NCBI GenBank assembly: GCA_965205505.1
Contig: CBDBHB010000009.1
Span: 3,072,001 to 3,136,000, forward strand
Source: Acidobacteriota bacterium
GTDB taxonomy: Bacteria > Acidobacteriota > UBA890 > WLXD01
Direction of reading: 5' to 3'
Length of the DNA: 64,000 bases
Part shown: positions 1-9,953 of the stretch, piece by piece
How positions within the stretch are numbered: the first letter of the stretch is position 1
Layout: every line of letters begins with the position of its first letter
Notes under the pieces: model-generated
What the model was told of the DNA's origin: nothing
Seen by the model: only the letters and a program-made list of their open reading frames with translations
The model's database searches: none
Program-made: the position numbers and the translations under genes

Positions 1-767
1 ATGGCCACCTGAACGCTGATCGTCGCTACCAGGTACACCAAGCAGGCCAGCGGCGCCGCGGCAAGAATCGCTCGTGGAACGGTGCGGCGCGGTTCCTTGA
101 TCTCGTCACCCATGAACGACACCGCCTCGATGCCGGTCAGGGCGAACGTGATGGCGGACCAGAAGATCAGATCCTTGATGCTCGATACCGAGACCATCGT
201 GTCGAGCGTGAACTCGGTGGCGGAGCCGAATGTCGACCACGCCGCGAGCCCGATAGCCGCGAGGATGAGCACCGCCAGCCAGCGCGCCATCGCTCCGGCA
301 TTGTTCAGCCATTTGCCGACGTTCATGCCGACCACATTCATGAAGGTTGCGACACCGAGCAGGGCGATGGCCGTCAGAGTCATGAACGTCTTGTTATCCG
401 ATAGCCGTAGCCAGTCGTCGCCGCCGATAAACAGGGCGTTTCCGATCCCGAAGAAGAGCACGCCGGGGAAATACGGCAAGCTGGCCACCCAGAAGCACCA
501 ACCGGTCATGAAGCCGCCGAAGTCTCCGAACGCCTTCTTGGTCCAGAGATAGATACCCCCCTCCTGCGGGTAGCGGGAAGACAGCTCGATCACCGCCAGG
601 GCCAACGGCACCATCATCATGGCGAAGCCCAACAGCCACAGGGCGATGGCCTTGGGTCCGGCACCAGCCGCTGTCGCCACCCATTGCAGGTTGACGGATG
701 CCGTGACGAGAAAGAACACCACGTCGCGGTAGCCCATGACGCGGCGGAGTCTGGGGGCGTCCGGCAC
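1..767 (-). CDS. APC-family amino acid/polyamine permease (3' end runs off window)
   Basis: Manual translation, absent from ORF track: GTG at 767 after GGAGG; MPDAPRLRRVMGYRDVVFFLVTASVNLQW...ELSSRYPQEGGIYLWTKKAFG...FALTGIEAVSFMGDEIKEPRRTVPRA, typical APC/GadC-like motifs. Confidence 0.9.
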   Translation of the reverse strand, partial: MPDAPRLRRVMGYRDVVFFLVTASVNLQWVATAAGAGPKAIALWLLGFAMMMVPLALAVIELSSRYPQEGGIYLWTKKAFGDFGGFMTGWCFWVASLPYFPGVLFFGIGNALFIGGDDWLRLSDNKTFMTLTAIALLGVATFMNVVGMNVGKWLNNAGAMARWLAVLILAAIGLAAWSTFGSATEFTLDTMVSVSSIKDLIFWSAITFALTGIEAVSFMGDEIKEPRRTVPRAILAAAPLACLVYLVATISVQVA

Positions 768-947
768 CTGGATGTCCTCCGTGGGCTCCTCGGGATCGGC
801 GATTGCGGGGCAGGGTCCACCCCGTATCGGTGCGCCCCTGTGAGCGCGGTCCGAAAGTGTGCCAGAATTCGGCACGCAACCCGGCGGAGGGCGGTTCAAC
901 GCAGCTGCCGGGAACAACGAATTCCATCGCGCCAAGGAGCAGACACA

Positions 948-2957
948 ATGAAGAAGTCCGATCGTGAGCTCGGCATGGGCCGCGACATTACCCGCCGCGA
1001 CTTTCTCAACGGCGCCGGCGTGGCGATCGGTGGTGCCGGTGCGATTGGCGCAGCGATGGGGACGCGAGTGACACTCGCCAACGAGCCGCCAGTGAATCGC
1101 GCCCAGAGTCCTGGGCCCTTCGGCTCCGACGAGTACTACCCGCCCAAGCTCACCGGAATGCGCGGCAGCCATCCGGGCTCGTTCGAGGTGGCGCACGAGA
1201 TGCGCGACGGCAAGACCTGGGGCGAGGCCGCGGACACCGGCGAGAGCTACGACCTGATCGTCGTCGGCGGTGGGCTGAGCGGCTTGGCCGCCGCCTACTA
1301 CTTCCGCAAGGCGTTGCCCGAGGCGAAGGTGCTGGTGCTCGACAACCACGACGACTTCGGCGGCCATGCCAAGCGCAACGAGTTCATGCTCGGAGACCGG
1401 CAGATCATCGGCTACGGCGGCACGATGTTCATCACCGGGGCGTATACCCCCGAGGGCGTGACCCTATTCGACGACATCGGGCTCAACGCCGAGCGCTTCA
1501 ACGCCGCTACTGGGGGCGCCACGGACGACTCCGACCCGCTGGCCAGATACGACCTCCAGCCGGGCGTGTTCTTCGACCGCGAGACCTTCGACGAAGACCG
1601 ACTGGTCGTTGGCACCCCAGACAACGGCTGGGGTGGCGCTAACGCGGCATCGATAACGTGGTCGGAGTTCCTATCGAAGACGCCGCTGAACGAACAGGCG
1701 CGGCACGACATCGCCCGCCTCTACGACGATCAGAAGGATTATCTCGAGGGCCTCTCGGCGGACGAGAAGATCAGCCGGCTTCGCAAAATGAGTTACGAGG
1801 ACTACCTGCTGAACGTCGTCGAGGTAGATCCCCAGGTCATTGCCTACTTCCGGTACAGCATCGATCATAACGGCGCTGCCGGAATCGACAGCATCAGCGC
1901 ATACGGCGCCTTCCGCTCAGGCTGGGTGCCGGGGTTCGACGGCCTGGGGCTAGGACGGCCGTCGCGCAATTGGCTCGAGGAAGCTGGCATCGACAACCCG
2001 CTCGAAGGCATCCACTTCCCGGACGGTAACGCCGGCGTTGCCCGGCTGATGGTTCGTTGGCTGATCCCCGATGCCCTGCCCGGGTCGACGATGGAGGATT
2101 CTGTCGCCACACGGGTGCGCTACGACGCGTTGGACAGGGACAGCAACGATGTCCGCATCCGCGTCAACAGCACCGTCGTGAACGCCCGCCATAGCGGCGA
2201 GCCACGCTCCGCGGACGAGGTGGAGGTGACCTACGTCCGCGCTGGCAAGGCGTATCGGGCTCGCGCCGCAACCTGCGTGATGGCCTGTTACAACGCCGTC
2301 GTCCCCTACCTCTGCCCGGAGATCCCCGACGCGCAGCGGGCCGCGCTCAAGCTCGCGGTTCGCAAGCCCTACGTCTACACCAATGTCGTCGTGCGCAACT
2401 GGACGGCGTTCCACGAGCTCGGCGTCTCGAGCATCAGCAGTCCCGGCAGCTACCATCAATCCGTCATGCTCGACTGGGGCGTGAGCCTCGGGAACTACAC
2501 CTGCTCGCAGACTCCCGAGGATCCCATGGTGGTGCACATGCAGCGGGTTCCGATCATGCCGGGTTTGCCGGCGAGAGATCAGTTCCGCGCCGGGCGCGAG
2601 GATCTGCTGGCAACCTCGTTCGAGACCTTCGAGCGCAACGTGCGCGATCAGCTCGGGCGTGCCCTGGCCAACGGTGGATTCGATCCGGCGCGCGACATCG
2701 AGGCGATCACGGTCAATCGCTGGCCGCACGGCTATGCTGGTGCGCCCAATGACCTGTACGACCCGGAGTGGAGCTATGACGAGGCGCCCTTCGTGGTCGG
2801 CCGCAAACGCTTCGGACGCATCACGATAGCCAACTCTGACGCCGCCGCTGTGAGCCTGACGTCGGCAGCGTTCGACCAGGCGCATCGTGCCGTGCAGGAG
2901 CTGCTGACCGACGTGATCCGACCCGAGTTCCAGTATCCTTGGGCCGAACGCACCTAA
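948..2957 (+). CDS. Spermidine dehydrogenase (SpdH)-like FAD oxidoreductase with Tat leader, paralog 1
   Basis: AAGGAG before ATG 948; ITRRDFLNG; YYPPKLTGMRGSHPG; VVGGGLSGL FAD motif; DNHDDFGGHAKRNEF; HFPDGN; NRWPHGY; ends EFQYPWAERT. Confidence 0.88.
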   Translation: MKKSDRELGMGRDITRRDFLNGAGVAIGGAGAIGAAMGTRVTLANEPPVNRAQSPGPFGSDEYYPPKLTGMRGSHPGSFEVAHEMRDGKTWGEAADTGESYDLIVVGGGLSGLAAAYYFRKALPEAKVLVLDNHDDFGGHAKRNEFMLGDRQIIGYGGTMFITGAYTPEGVTLFDDIGLNAERFNAATGGATDDSDPLARYDLQPGVFFDRETFDEDRLVVGTPDNGWGGANAASITWSEFLSKTPLNEQARHDIARLYDDQKDYLEGLSADEKISRLRKMSYEDYLLNVVEVDPQVIAYFRYSIDHNGAAGIDSISAYGAFRSGWVPGFDGLGLGRPSRNWLEEAGIDNPLEGIHFPDGNAGVARLMVRWLIPDALPGSTMEDSVATRVRYDALDRDSNDVRIRVNSTVVNARHSGEPRSADEVEVTYVRAGKAYRARAATCVMACYNAVVPYLCPEIPDAQRAALKLAVRKPYVYTNVVVRNWTAFHELGVSSISSPGSYHQSVMLDWGVSLGNYTCSQTPEDPMVVHMQRVPIMPGLPARDQFRAGREDLLATSFETFERNVRDQLGRALANGGFDPARDIEAITVNRWPHGYAGAPNDLYDPEWSYDEAPFVVGRKRFGRITIANSDAAAVSLTSAAFDQAHRAVQELLTDVIRPEFQYPWAERT

Positions 2958-3018
2958 GCCGTCGGCTCCAGCGTGGCGATCGGCCTACTCCAAAAAGGCG
3001 AGGTTGGGCAGCAATCTC

Positions 3019-3567
3019 ATGCGCAAGAAGCTCCGTATCCGTTACCCGTATCTGATAATGACCATTCTTACGGTGGGCACCCTGGCCTGCTCGTCGTCAC
3101 AGCCTCCCACAACGACCCCCATCCCGCCGTCCGCAACGCCGGTGGAACTGGAGCCGCGCGACGTTCGGGCCGAACCTGTCGAGCCGGCCATGCCGGAGCC
3201 CCCGGCCACAGCCGGGGCGGCCACTTCGGTCATGGACGGGGTGTATACCGTCGAGCAGAGCACCCGCGGCGAGGCCGCATATCGTCTCGCCTGCCAGAGT
3301 TGCCACAGGCCCACCTTGCGAGGCGGAATCGTCATCCCGACACTGGTGGGAGAGGATTTCATGTCCAAATGGGGTCGCATGTCGGCCGGCGACCTGTTCG
3401 AGAAACTACGCACCACCATGCCGCCTTCCGCGTCGCGCAGGCTCACCCGCGAGGAGTACGCCGACGTGGTGGCCTTCATCTTCAGCAAGAACGAATTTCC
3501 GCCCGGAGAGCAGGAGCTTGGCACCGACTTCGCCGAGCTCAAGGACATCCAGATCCAGCCGCAGTAG
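3019..3567 (+). CDS. Monoheme c-type cytochrome, probable lipoprotein
   Basis: Lipobox-like TLAC, Pro-rich linker, DGVYT..Q..RG, CQSCH heme motif, distal TMPP Met ligand. Confidence 0.85.
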   Translation: MRKKLRIRYPYLIMTILTVGTLACSSSQPPTTTPIPPSATPVELEPRDVRAEPVEPAMPEPPATAGAATSVMDGVYTVEQSTRGEAAYRLACQSCHRPTLRGGIVIPTLVGEDFMSKWGRMSAGDLFEKLRTTMPPSASRRLTREEYADVVAFIFSKNEFPPGEQELGTDFAELKDIQIQPQ

Positions 3568-3654
3568 GTGCCGGGAGGCACCCGTGCGTAGATCTGGTAG
3601 GCAAGCGGCGCTCGTACTCGGGTCCGGCGAGGCGTCGACACGGAGGATAGAACG

Positions 3655-5001
3655 GTGTCTTGGTGCAACAGGATGAAAACTCTACAAGCCACCGGAGTCG
3701 TGCTCGCCGTCGCGTGCGCTGCCGGCTGCGCACCCGTCGACACGGCCGCTAGAACGGCGGAGGCTAGCACCGACGCAGCGCCGTTCGAGTCCGCCTCGAC
3801 GGTGGCCGAGACGCTACGCTGGCACCGCGATCTGCCGACCGACCGAACCGCCTGGTGGGATGTGGTGGGGGAACAACAAGCGTGGAATTTCAAGAACGTC
3901 CATCAGATCGCCCCTACCGTCAACGTTTACCGCGACGGGCCGGTCAGCGAGCTCAGCCGCCGACCTATGGACGAGATTGCCGAGTTCTCTGTCGAGACCC
4001 CCGACGGCCGGATGAGTTACCTCGATTTCCTGCACAGCGATCACTCGACGACGATGGGCCTGGTGATCGTTCATCATGGGGAGATCGTCTTCGAGACATA
4101 TCCGCGGATGGAGCGCTACCAGAAGCCGATCTTCTGGTCCGTTACCAAGGCCTTCGTCTCGACCGTGCTGGCGATCCTCGAGGACCGTGGCGAGGTTGAC
4201 GTCGGCAAGCCGCTGGAGTTCTACATTCCCGAGCTCGAGGGCTCGCAGATCGCTGGCATCACGGTACGTAACGCGCTCGACATGGCGTCGGGACTCGACT
4301 GTCCAGACGACTACGCCGACTCGCACGCCTGTTATAACCATTTCGAATCGACGCTGGGCGACGGGCTGCCCATGGAGACCCCTGAGGACAACCCGTACGA
4401 CATGTTGGTCAACTTCAACTACGGCTATTGGAGTGAGCAGGGAGTCGGTTTCGACTACTCGGGGGTCAACACGTTCCTGGTTGGCTGGGTGGTCGAGAAG
4501 ATCACCGGCATGCCGTTTCAGGACGTCCTCACACGCGAGGTATGGAGGCACATGGGCGCGGAGTCGGATGCGTCCATCTTCGCGGGCCGCAACGGGATTC
4601 CGCTCACCAGCGGCGGCCTTCTGGCGAACGTGCGCGATGTGGCCCGCTTCGGGGTGCTGTTCACCCCCAGCCACGCGGTCGTATCGTCGCGGAAGATCAT
4701 CTCGGACCGCTACGTCGAGCTGATCCTGCACGGTGGCCGGCCAGAGCTTTTCGAGAACGCCCGCAATGGCGGCCGTCGCCCAGGTACGCGACACAACGTT
4801 TACCAGTGGGACGTCGTGTTCGACAACGACGACATCTACAAGGGCGGATGGGGCGGCCAGGGCTTGTTGATCAACCCGGAGCGCGACTACGTGGCGGCGT
4901 ATACCGGCTACTTCAAGGACCGCGAGCACAGCGAGATGAGCGCCCTGCCGGTGCTCCGTGATGTGCTTGAGGGAGTGTTCGGATCAGGGACAAGGCCTTG
5001 A
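3655..5001 (+). CDS. Serine hydrolase (class C beta-lactamase fold, NylB-like), lipoprotein
   Basis: GGAGG before GTG; AAGC lipobox; WSVTK (SxxK), LDMASG, FDYSGVNT, KGGWGGQ. Confidence 0.85.
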   Translation: MSWCNRMKTLQATGVVLAVACAAGCAPVDTAARTAEASTDAAPFESASTVAETLRWHRDLPTDRTAWWDVVGEQQAWNFKNVHQIAPTVNVYRDGPVSELSRRPMDEIAEFSVETPDGRMSYLDFLHSDHSTTMGLVIVHHGEIVFETYPRMERYQKPIFWSVTKAFVSTVLAILEDRGEVDVGKPLEFYIPELEGSQIAGITVRNALDMASGLDCPDDYADSHACYNHFESTLGDGLPMETPEDNPYDMLVNFNYGYWSEQGVGFDYSGVNTFLVGWVVEKITGMPFQDVLTREVWRHMGAESDASIFAGRNGIPLTSGGLLANVRDVARFGVLFTPSHAVVSSRKIISDRYVELILHGGRPELFENARNGGRRPGTRHNVYQWDVVFDNDDIYKGGWGGQGLLINPERDYVAAYTGYFKDREHSEMSALPVLRDVLEGVFGSGTRP

Positions 5002-6335
5002 TTCCAGGCTCTCCGTTGCGGCGGCTGGGTGTAGTAAGCGCGGCATTTTGCATGGCCGCCTGCGGTGCCTCCGCACAGGAACCGGCCCTTCCCTCTCCTT
5101 CTCCCGAGCCCGAAGCACTCGAAAAGTTCGAGCCAGCCTCGACGGTCGAGGAGACGTTCCGCTGGCAGCGGACCGTACCGACCGATACCGCCTGGTGGGA
5201 CGTGGTCGGCGAGCAGCTCGCCTGGAGCCTCAAGAACGTTCATCAGCTTTTCCCTACCGTCAATATCTACCGGGACGGGCCGGTTCGTGAGCTCGACTAT
5301 CGGCTCGACGAGAGGATTGCGAACCACCTAGTGGAGACGCGCGACGGCCCGCTGCGCTTCGCGGATTTCCTGCAAAGCGATCACACAACCACCATGGGAA
5401 TGGTGATCTTGCATCGCGGAGAGATCGTCTTCGAAACCTATCCCCGGATGCAGTACTACCAGAAGCCTGCCTATTGGTCGGTCACGAAAGTGCTGGTGTC
5501 GGCCGTGGTCTCGATACTCGAGGATCGCGGCCTGGTGGACGTCGACCAGCCGATCGAGCGCTATGTTGTCGAGCTGAAGGAGTCGCAGTTGGCCGGAATC
5601 ACCGTGCGCAACCTGCTCGACATGGCCTCCGGGATCGATTGCTCCGACAACTATGTCGACTTCGAGTCCTGTTACTACCGGTTCGAGGCGTCGATGGGCG
5701 ACGCATACCGCACCGAGACCAGCCCCGACAACCCGTACGACATGATGATCGACTTCGATTACGGGTACTGGGCCGATCAAGGCACCGGCTACGACTACTC
5801 CGGTATCAACACCTTTCTGCTCAGATGGCTAGTCGAGGAAGTCACCGACATGCCGTTCCAGGACGCGTTCACCGGCGAGATCTGGCGCCATATCGGTGCC
5901 GAGGCCGACGCGTCGATGTTCGCGGCGCGCAACGGGATTGCTCTCGAGGTAGTGATCGCCCGCCTACGAGACCTGGGCCGGTTTGGCTTGTTGTTCACGC
6001 CGAGCTACGGCGTGGTGGCTGATTGCAAGATCATCTCCGATCGGTTCATCGACGTCATCGTCAACGGTGGCCGGCCGGAGCTGTCGGTCAACGCGCGGTT
6101 CGGGCCGCGGCCGGTCGACATGAAGCACACCGTGTACCAATGGGATGTCTACGACAACAACGACTTCCACAAAGGTGGTTGGGCCGGTCAGGGACTGCTG
6201 GTCAACGCTGAACGCGACTACGTGGCGGTCTACGCCAGCTACTTCAAGGATCGAGAACACAGCGAGATGAGCCTATTACCGGCGCTGCGGCAGGTGCTCG
6301 AAGGTGTCTACGGAGGCGCTCCGACGTCGCCTTAG
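4998..6335 (+). CDS. Serine hydrolase (NylB-like), tandem paralog of 3655-5001
   Basis: TTGA start/stop overlap; WSVTK, LLDMASG, YDYSGINT, KGGWAGQ; colinear with upstream gene. Confidence 0.85.
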   Translation: MIPGSPLRRLGVVSAAFCMAACGASAQEPALPSPSPEPEALEKFEPASTVEETFRWQRTVPTDTAWWDVVGEQLAWSLKNVHQLFPTVNIYRDGPVRELDYRLDERIANHLVETRDGPLRFADFLQSDHTTTMGMVILHRGEIVFETYPRMQYYQKPAYWSVTKVLVSAVVSILEDRGLVDVDQPIERYVVELKESQLAGITVRNLLDMASGIDCSDNYVDFESCYYRFEASMGDAYRTETSPDNPYDMMIDFDYGYWADQGTGYDYSGINTFLLRWLVEEVTDMPFQDAFTGEIWRHIGAEADASMFAARNGIALEVVIARLRDLGRFGLLFTPSYGVVADCKIISDRFIDVIVNGGRPELSVNARFGPRPVDMKHTVYQWDVYDNNDFHKGGWAGQGLLVNAERDYVAVYASYFKDREHSEMSLLPALRQVLEGVYGGAPTSP

Positions 6336-6365
6336 AGCTCACAGCTGTACGGAGATTTCCCAACC

Positions 6366-7238
6366 GTGCTCCGTCTAACGGCCGAACACCACGCGCGCTT
6401 CAAGGCGGACGGGTTCGTAGTCGTCGACGACATCCTCGATCCTCAGACGGTGCAGGCTGCAGTAGCGCGCTTCGCGCCACTCTTTCGCGGTGAGTTCGAG
6501 ACCGGCCTCATGCCGGACGAGTGGAAGTGGCGGGAGGGCCGCGATGCGGAGCACCTCACGCGCCAGATTTGCAACGGCTGGAAGTCAGACCGCGTGGTGG
6601 CGTCGGTCGTTCTGCATGCTGACATCGGTCGCGCGTGCGCCGAGTTGATGGGATGGCCCGGTGCACGGCTGAATCAGGACAACGTGCTTTGGAAACCCCC
6701 CGGCGCTGCGGCGCTGGGACACCATCAGGACGACAGCTACGAGAGCTGGATCGTTCCCAGAGAAATGGCCACCTGCTGGATGACCTTGGACGCCACCAGC
6801 ATCGACGGCGGGACGATCGAGTACGTGCGCGGCTCTCACCGGTGGGGTCTGTCGCCACCGATCTCCCAGTTCCACGCGCCGCCGGATCACCAAGTCGAAA
6901 TGCGCCGGGCGGCGGCAGCGGCCGGCGTCGAGCCCGACGTCGTGCGCATCGAGTGTGCCGCCGGATCCGGTGTCCTGCACCATGGCAGGACGTGGCATGG
7001 GTCGGCCGCCAATCGCAGCAATCGACCACGCCGATCGCTCGTTGCCCACTGCATGTCGTCGGACGCGCAGTTCCACCCCACCAACGTCAGCGCTGTCTAC
7101 GGGCGCTACATGCATCCCGGCGAGCTATCGATGGACGAAAGCTTCTTTCCGATTCTGTGGGCTCAGGAAGGCCACCGCACCGAGTTCCTCGAGGAATACG
7201 TCGCCGGCCTTCCTCGAGGCCGTGAGCCGGGCTACTGA
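6366..7238 (+). CDS. Phytanoyl-CoA dioxygenase (PhyH) family Fe(II)/2OG dioxygenase
   Basis: F..DGFVVV start, HQD iron motif, TCWMTLD, GSHRW, WHGSAAN.S.RPRR. Confidence 0.88.
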   Translation: MLRLTAEHHARFKADGFVVVDDILDPQTVQAAVARFAPLFRGEFETGLMPDEWKWREGRDAEHLTRQICNGWKSDRVVASVVLHADIGRACAELMGWPGARLNQDNVLWKPPGAAALGHHQDDSYESWIVPREMATCWMTLDATSIDGGTIEYVRGSHRWGLSPPISQFHAPPDHQVEMRRAAAAAGVEPDVVRIECAAGSGVLHHGRTWHGSAANRSNRPRRSLVAHCMSSDAQFHPTNVSAVYGRYMHPGELSMDESFFPILWAQEGHRTEFLEEYVAGLPRGREPGY

Positions 7239-9352
7239 TCGTCGCGGAACCCTGAATATAGGGGATCCACGGGCTCACCCTTGACGTACTTGTCGAACCA
7301 CAAGCCATAACGTCGTAGACGATCTGCCTCGTACGAAGGCACACCGAACCCGTGGCTCTGCCCCGGGTAGACGATCAGGCCGGTCTCGACATCGAGCACC
7401 CGCAGGGCGAGATACAGGTGCTCCGATTGGCTCAGCGGATCGCGGTAGTCCTCGCCGCCGTGGATGAACAACGTCGGGGTGACCGCGTTCTTGATGTACG
7501 TTGCCGGCGACACCTTGCGGTATAGGTCAATGTTGTCCCAGGGCGTGCCGAACTCGTGGATCCACAGCATTCCCCAATCGTCGGTACCGAAAGCGCCGTA
7601 GTAGTCGGAATCGCTGGCGGCGGAGACCGCTCCTTTGAATCGGTCGGTCTTGACGATCACGTAGTTCGTGAGAATGCCACCGTAGCTGTATCCGCCAACG
7701 CCCATGCGGTCGGGATCGACGTAACCGCGGGCGATCAACGCGTCGACGCCCGCCATTACGTCGTCGTAGTCTGGCCCGCCCCAATCGGCAAAGATGGCGC
7801 GGCTGAACTCCTCGCCGTAGCCGGTGCTGCCGCGTGGATTGACCAGCAGCACGACGTAGCCGAGCGATGCCAGGTACTGGTGGGTGAGGTTGAAACCGTT
7901 GGTGAACTGCCCCACGGGTCCGCCGTGAATCCACAGGATGAGTGGGTATTTGCGGGCCGGCTCGAATCCCGGCGGCTTGATAACCCAGGCGTGGACCGGC
8001 GGGCCGTCGGCAGTTTCGAACCACATTTCCTCGCTCGAGTTGAAGTCGAGCTCGGCGAGGTGATCCGCGTTGGCCCGACTGAGATCCCGCATAGCGCTTT
8101 CCGGAACCGGTATCTGGTCGAGCGGAGCCACATAGATCTCCGCCGGCCGGTCGTTGCGCGTGTACCGCAGCACCACGCGATCATCGCCCACCAACGCCGT
8201 ACCCACGTTGCCCTCCACAATCCGGGTTACCTCGCCATCCAGGCTTCCTCGCACGAGCGGAGTGCGACCCTCATCGGCCAGGCTGACGTAGATCGAACGC
8301 GAGTCCGGCGCCCAGACGGGGGCGCCGCGCGTCCAGCGATCGAGATCGCCCGTGAGGTTGCGGGCGGCCCCACCCGATGACGGCACGGCCATGACCCTCG
8401 GGGTCGGGTACATCGACCACTCGGGGTCGGCGCTGATATAGGCAATCCAAGCACTATCCGGCGAGAAGACTGGGGATCCGTCACTGCCCGCGTAGTCGGT
8501 CACTCGCACCGTCCGCCCGGAGGCCACCTCCACCTTCCAGATATCGGTGTTCAAGTTGCTGTCCGGCTCAGCGGTACGGTTGGATTCGAAAGCGATCCAC
8601 CGACCATCGGGCGCGAACGACGGGTTGCTGCTGTCGTAGGCGCTGTCGGTGAGTCGCGTCGCGTCACCCCGATCCATCCCCCGGCTATCGAGTGCCGGGC
8701 CCGTCGGGAGGATGTGGATTTGGGACCGGCGGTCGTCCAGATAGCCGAGTCCGTCGTACTTGTGCTTCAAGCGCGTCACCACGATGGGCACCGGCCTACC
8801 GACGGCGTTTTCCTGCGGGCCAGCTTTCGGCGGCATCGACACCACGGCTAGCTGTGTGCCGTCGGGTGACCAACGGTAGGAGCGCACACCGCCCTCGACT
8901 TCGGTCACCGGGAAGGCCTCGCCTCCGCTCACCGGCATGACGTAGACCTGCCCACGGGCCGCGACCTCTTCGGCCAAGCCCCAGGCCGACGCGTCGCGGC
9001 TCGAGACGAACGAGATCAAGCGCCCATCGGGCGAGAACGCTGGCGACGAAACGCTATCGTGGCCGTGCGTAAGTGGTCGCGCCGCGCCGCCGTCGATGGC
9101 AACGCGCCACAGTGTCCTGACCTTGCTGTCGGTCGCTCGATCGGCATGGGTGACGACATACACCACGCTGCGCCCGTCGGGCGAAACCGCCGGGCTGCCG
9201 ACCGAGCGCAGAGCGTAATAATCGCCCAACGACACGGTTTGAGCGGCGCCCGAATGACGAGCCCCCGCCACCCGCCCGGCCGCCGGGACGGGCTCGATCA
9301 GCGGGATGGCGATCAGCCCCAACAGGGCAACTAGCCGAGACCTGTAACGCAT
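7232..9352 (-). CDS. S9-family peptidase (dipeptidyl/acylaminoacyl peptidase), secreted
   Basis: Signal peptide, PD40-like SPDG repeats, IHGGP, NPRGSTGYG, GYSYGG nucleophile, HGGED, SHG. Confidence 0.92.
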   Translation of the reverse strand: MRYRSRLVALLGLIAIPLIEPVPAAGRVAGARHSGAAQTVSLGDYYALRSVGSPAVSPDGRSVVYVVTHADRATDSKVRTLWRVAIDGGAARPLTHGHDSVSSPAFSPDGRLISFVSSRDASAWGLAEEVAARGQVYVMPVSGGEAFPVTEVEGGVRSYRWSPDGTQLAVVSMPPKAGPQENAVGRPVPIVVTRLKHKYDGLGYLDDRRSQIHILPTGPALDSRGMDRGDATRLTDSAYDSSNPSFAPDGRWIAFESNRTAEPDSNLNTDIWKVEVASGRTVRVTDYAGSDGSPVFSPDSAWIAYISADPEWSMYPTPRVMAVPSSGGAARNLTGDLDRWTRGAPVWAPDSRSIYVSLADEGRTPLVRGSLDGEVTRIVEGNVGTALVGDDRVVLRYTRNDRPAEIYVAPLDQIPVPESAMRDLSRANADHLAELDFNSSEEMWFETADGPPVHAWVIKPPGFEPARKYPLILWIHGGPVGQFTNGFNLTHQYLASLGYVVLLVNPRGSTGYGEEFSRAIFADWGGPDYDDVMAGVDALIARGYVDPDRMGVGGYSYGGILTNYVIVKTDRFKGAVSAASDSDYYGAFGTDDWGMLWIHEFGTPWDNIDLYRKVSPATYIKNAVTPTLFIHGGEDYRDPLSQSEHLYLALRVLDVETGLIVYPGQSHGFGVPSYEADRLRRYGLWFDKYVKGEPVDPLYSGFRDDQ

Positions 9353-9356
9353 CTGC

Positions 9357-9857
9357 TCAGCCCTCCGGAGTGTAGTTCCAGATGTCGCGCGCCACCCTCC
9401 AGCTGTCGTCTGCCTGTCGTCGAAATACGTACACGCCCTTCCCGGTCTGCCGAATCGGCTCGCCGCCGTCGAGCGGCGTAAGTGTCCAGCGGAAAGCGTA
9501 GGCCTCGAATGCAACATCGCCGGCTAAGCTCACATCGGAGCTCGTGTATTCGAGATCGGTCTCGTAGGCGGCGAAGAACGCCTCGAGCCAGGCTCGGATG
9601 GCGTCGTGGCCGCTCACCGCCGGCTCGTCGGGCGGCATGATCACCATGTCCTCGGTGACACTTGCCAGGAAGCCGTCGGGATCAGCGCCGATAAAGGACG
9701 CCGCGAAACTGTTCAAGCGCGTGGCGCGGATCGCTGCGATGTCTTCTGCCTCGGACGGCCCCGTGACTACCGCTGCCTGAGGCGCCTCGGCAGGCTGGGT
9801 GCATGCGGCATTCGCCACGAGTGATAGGACGATAAAGCACTTCGCGAGCCTGTCCAT
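9357..9857 (-). CDS. NTF2-like/SnoaL (DUF4440) lipoprotein
   Basis: GGAGG RBS, NAAC lipobox, MPPDEPAVSGHDAIR, C-terminal GKGVYVFRRQADDSWRVARDIWN. Confidence 0.8.
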   Translation of the reverse strand: MDRLAKCFIVLSLVANAACTQPAEAPQAAVVTGPSEAEDIAAIRATRLNSFAASFIGADPDGFLASVTEDMVIMPPDEPAVSGHDAIRAWLEAFFAAYETDLEYTSSDVSLAGDVAFEAYAFRWTLTPLDGGEPIRQTGKGVYVFRRQADDSWRVARDIWNYTPEG

Positions 9858-9953
9858 TCGTTGCCCTCCAGCTGAATCGATGAGCATACGCGTCGGTTAG
9901 TATCACGTGTCCGCCGCGATAGCACGGAGTGACGATGGCACGGAGCGACTCGT

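Noticed and set aside
684-947. Long N-terminal extensions in the ORF track (684, 31688, 40514, 43583, 45785, 54096, 58498)
   Set aside because: RBS, signal peptides and paralog alignment point to downstream starts
3655-6335. Beta-lactam resistance genes
   Set aside because: The SxxK fold is shared with amidases and esterases; motifs and catabolic context fit NylB-like hydrolases
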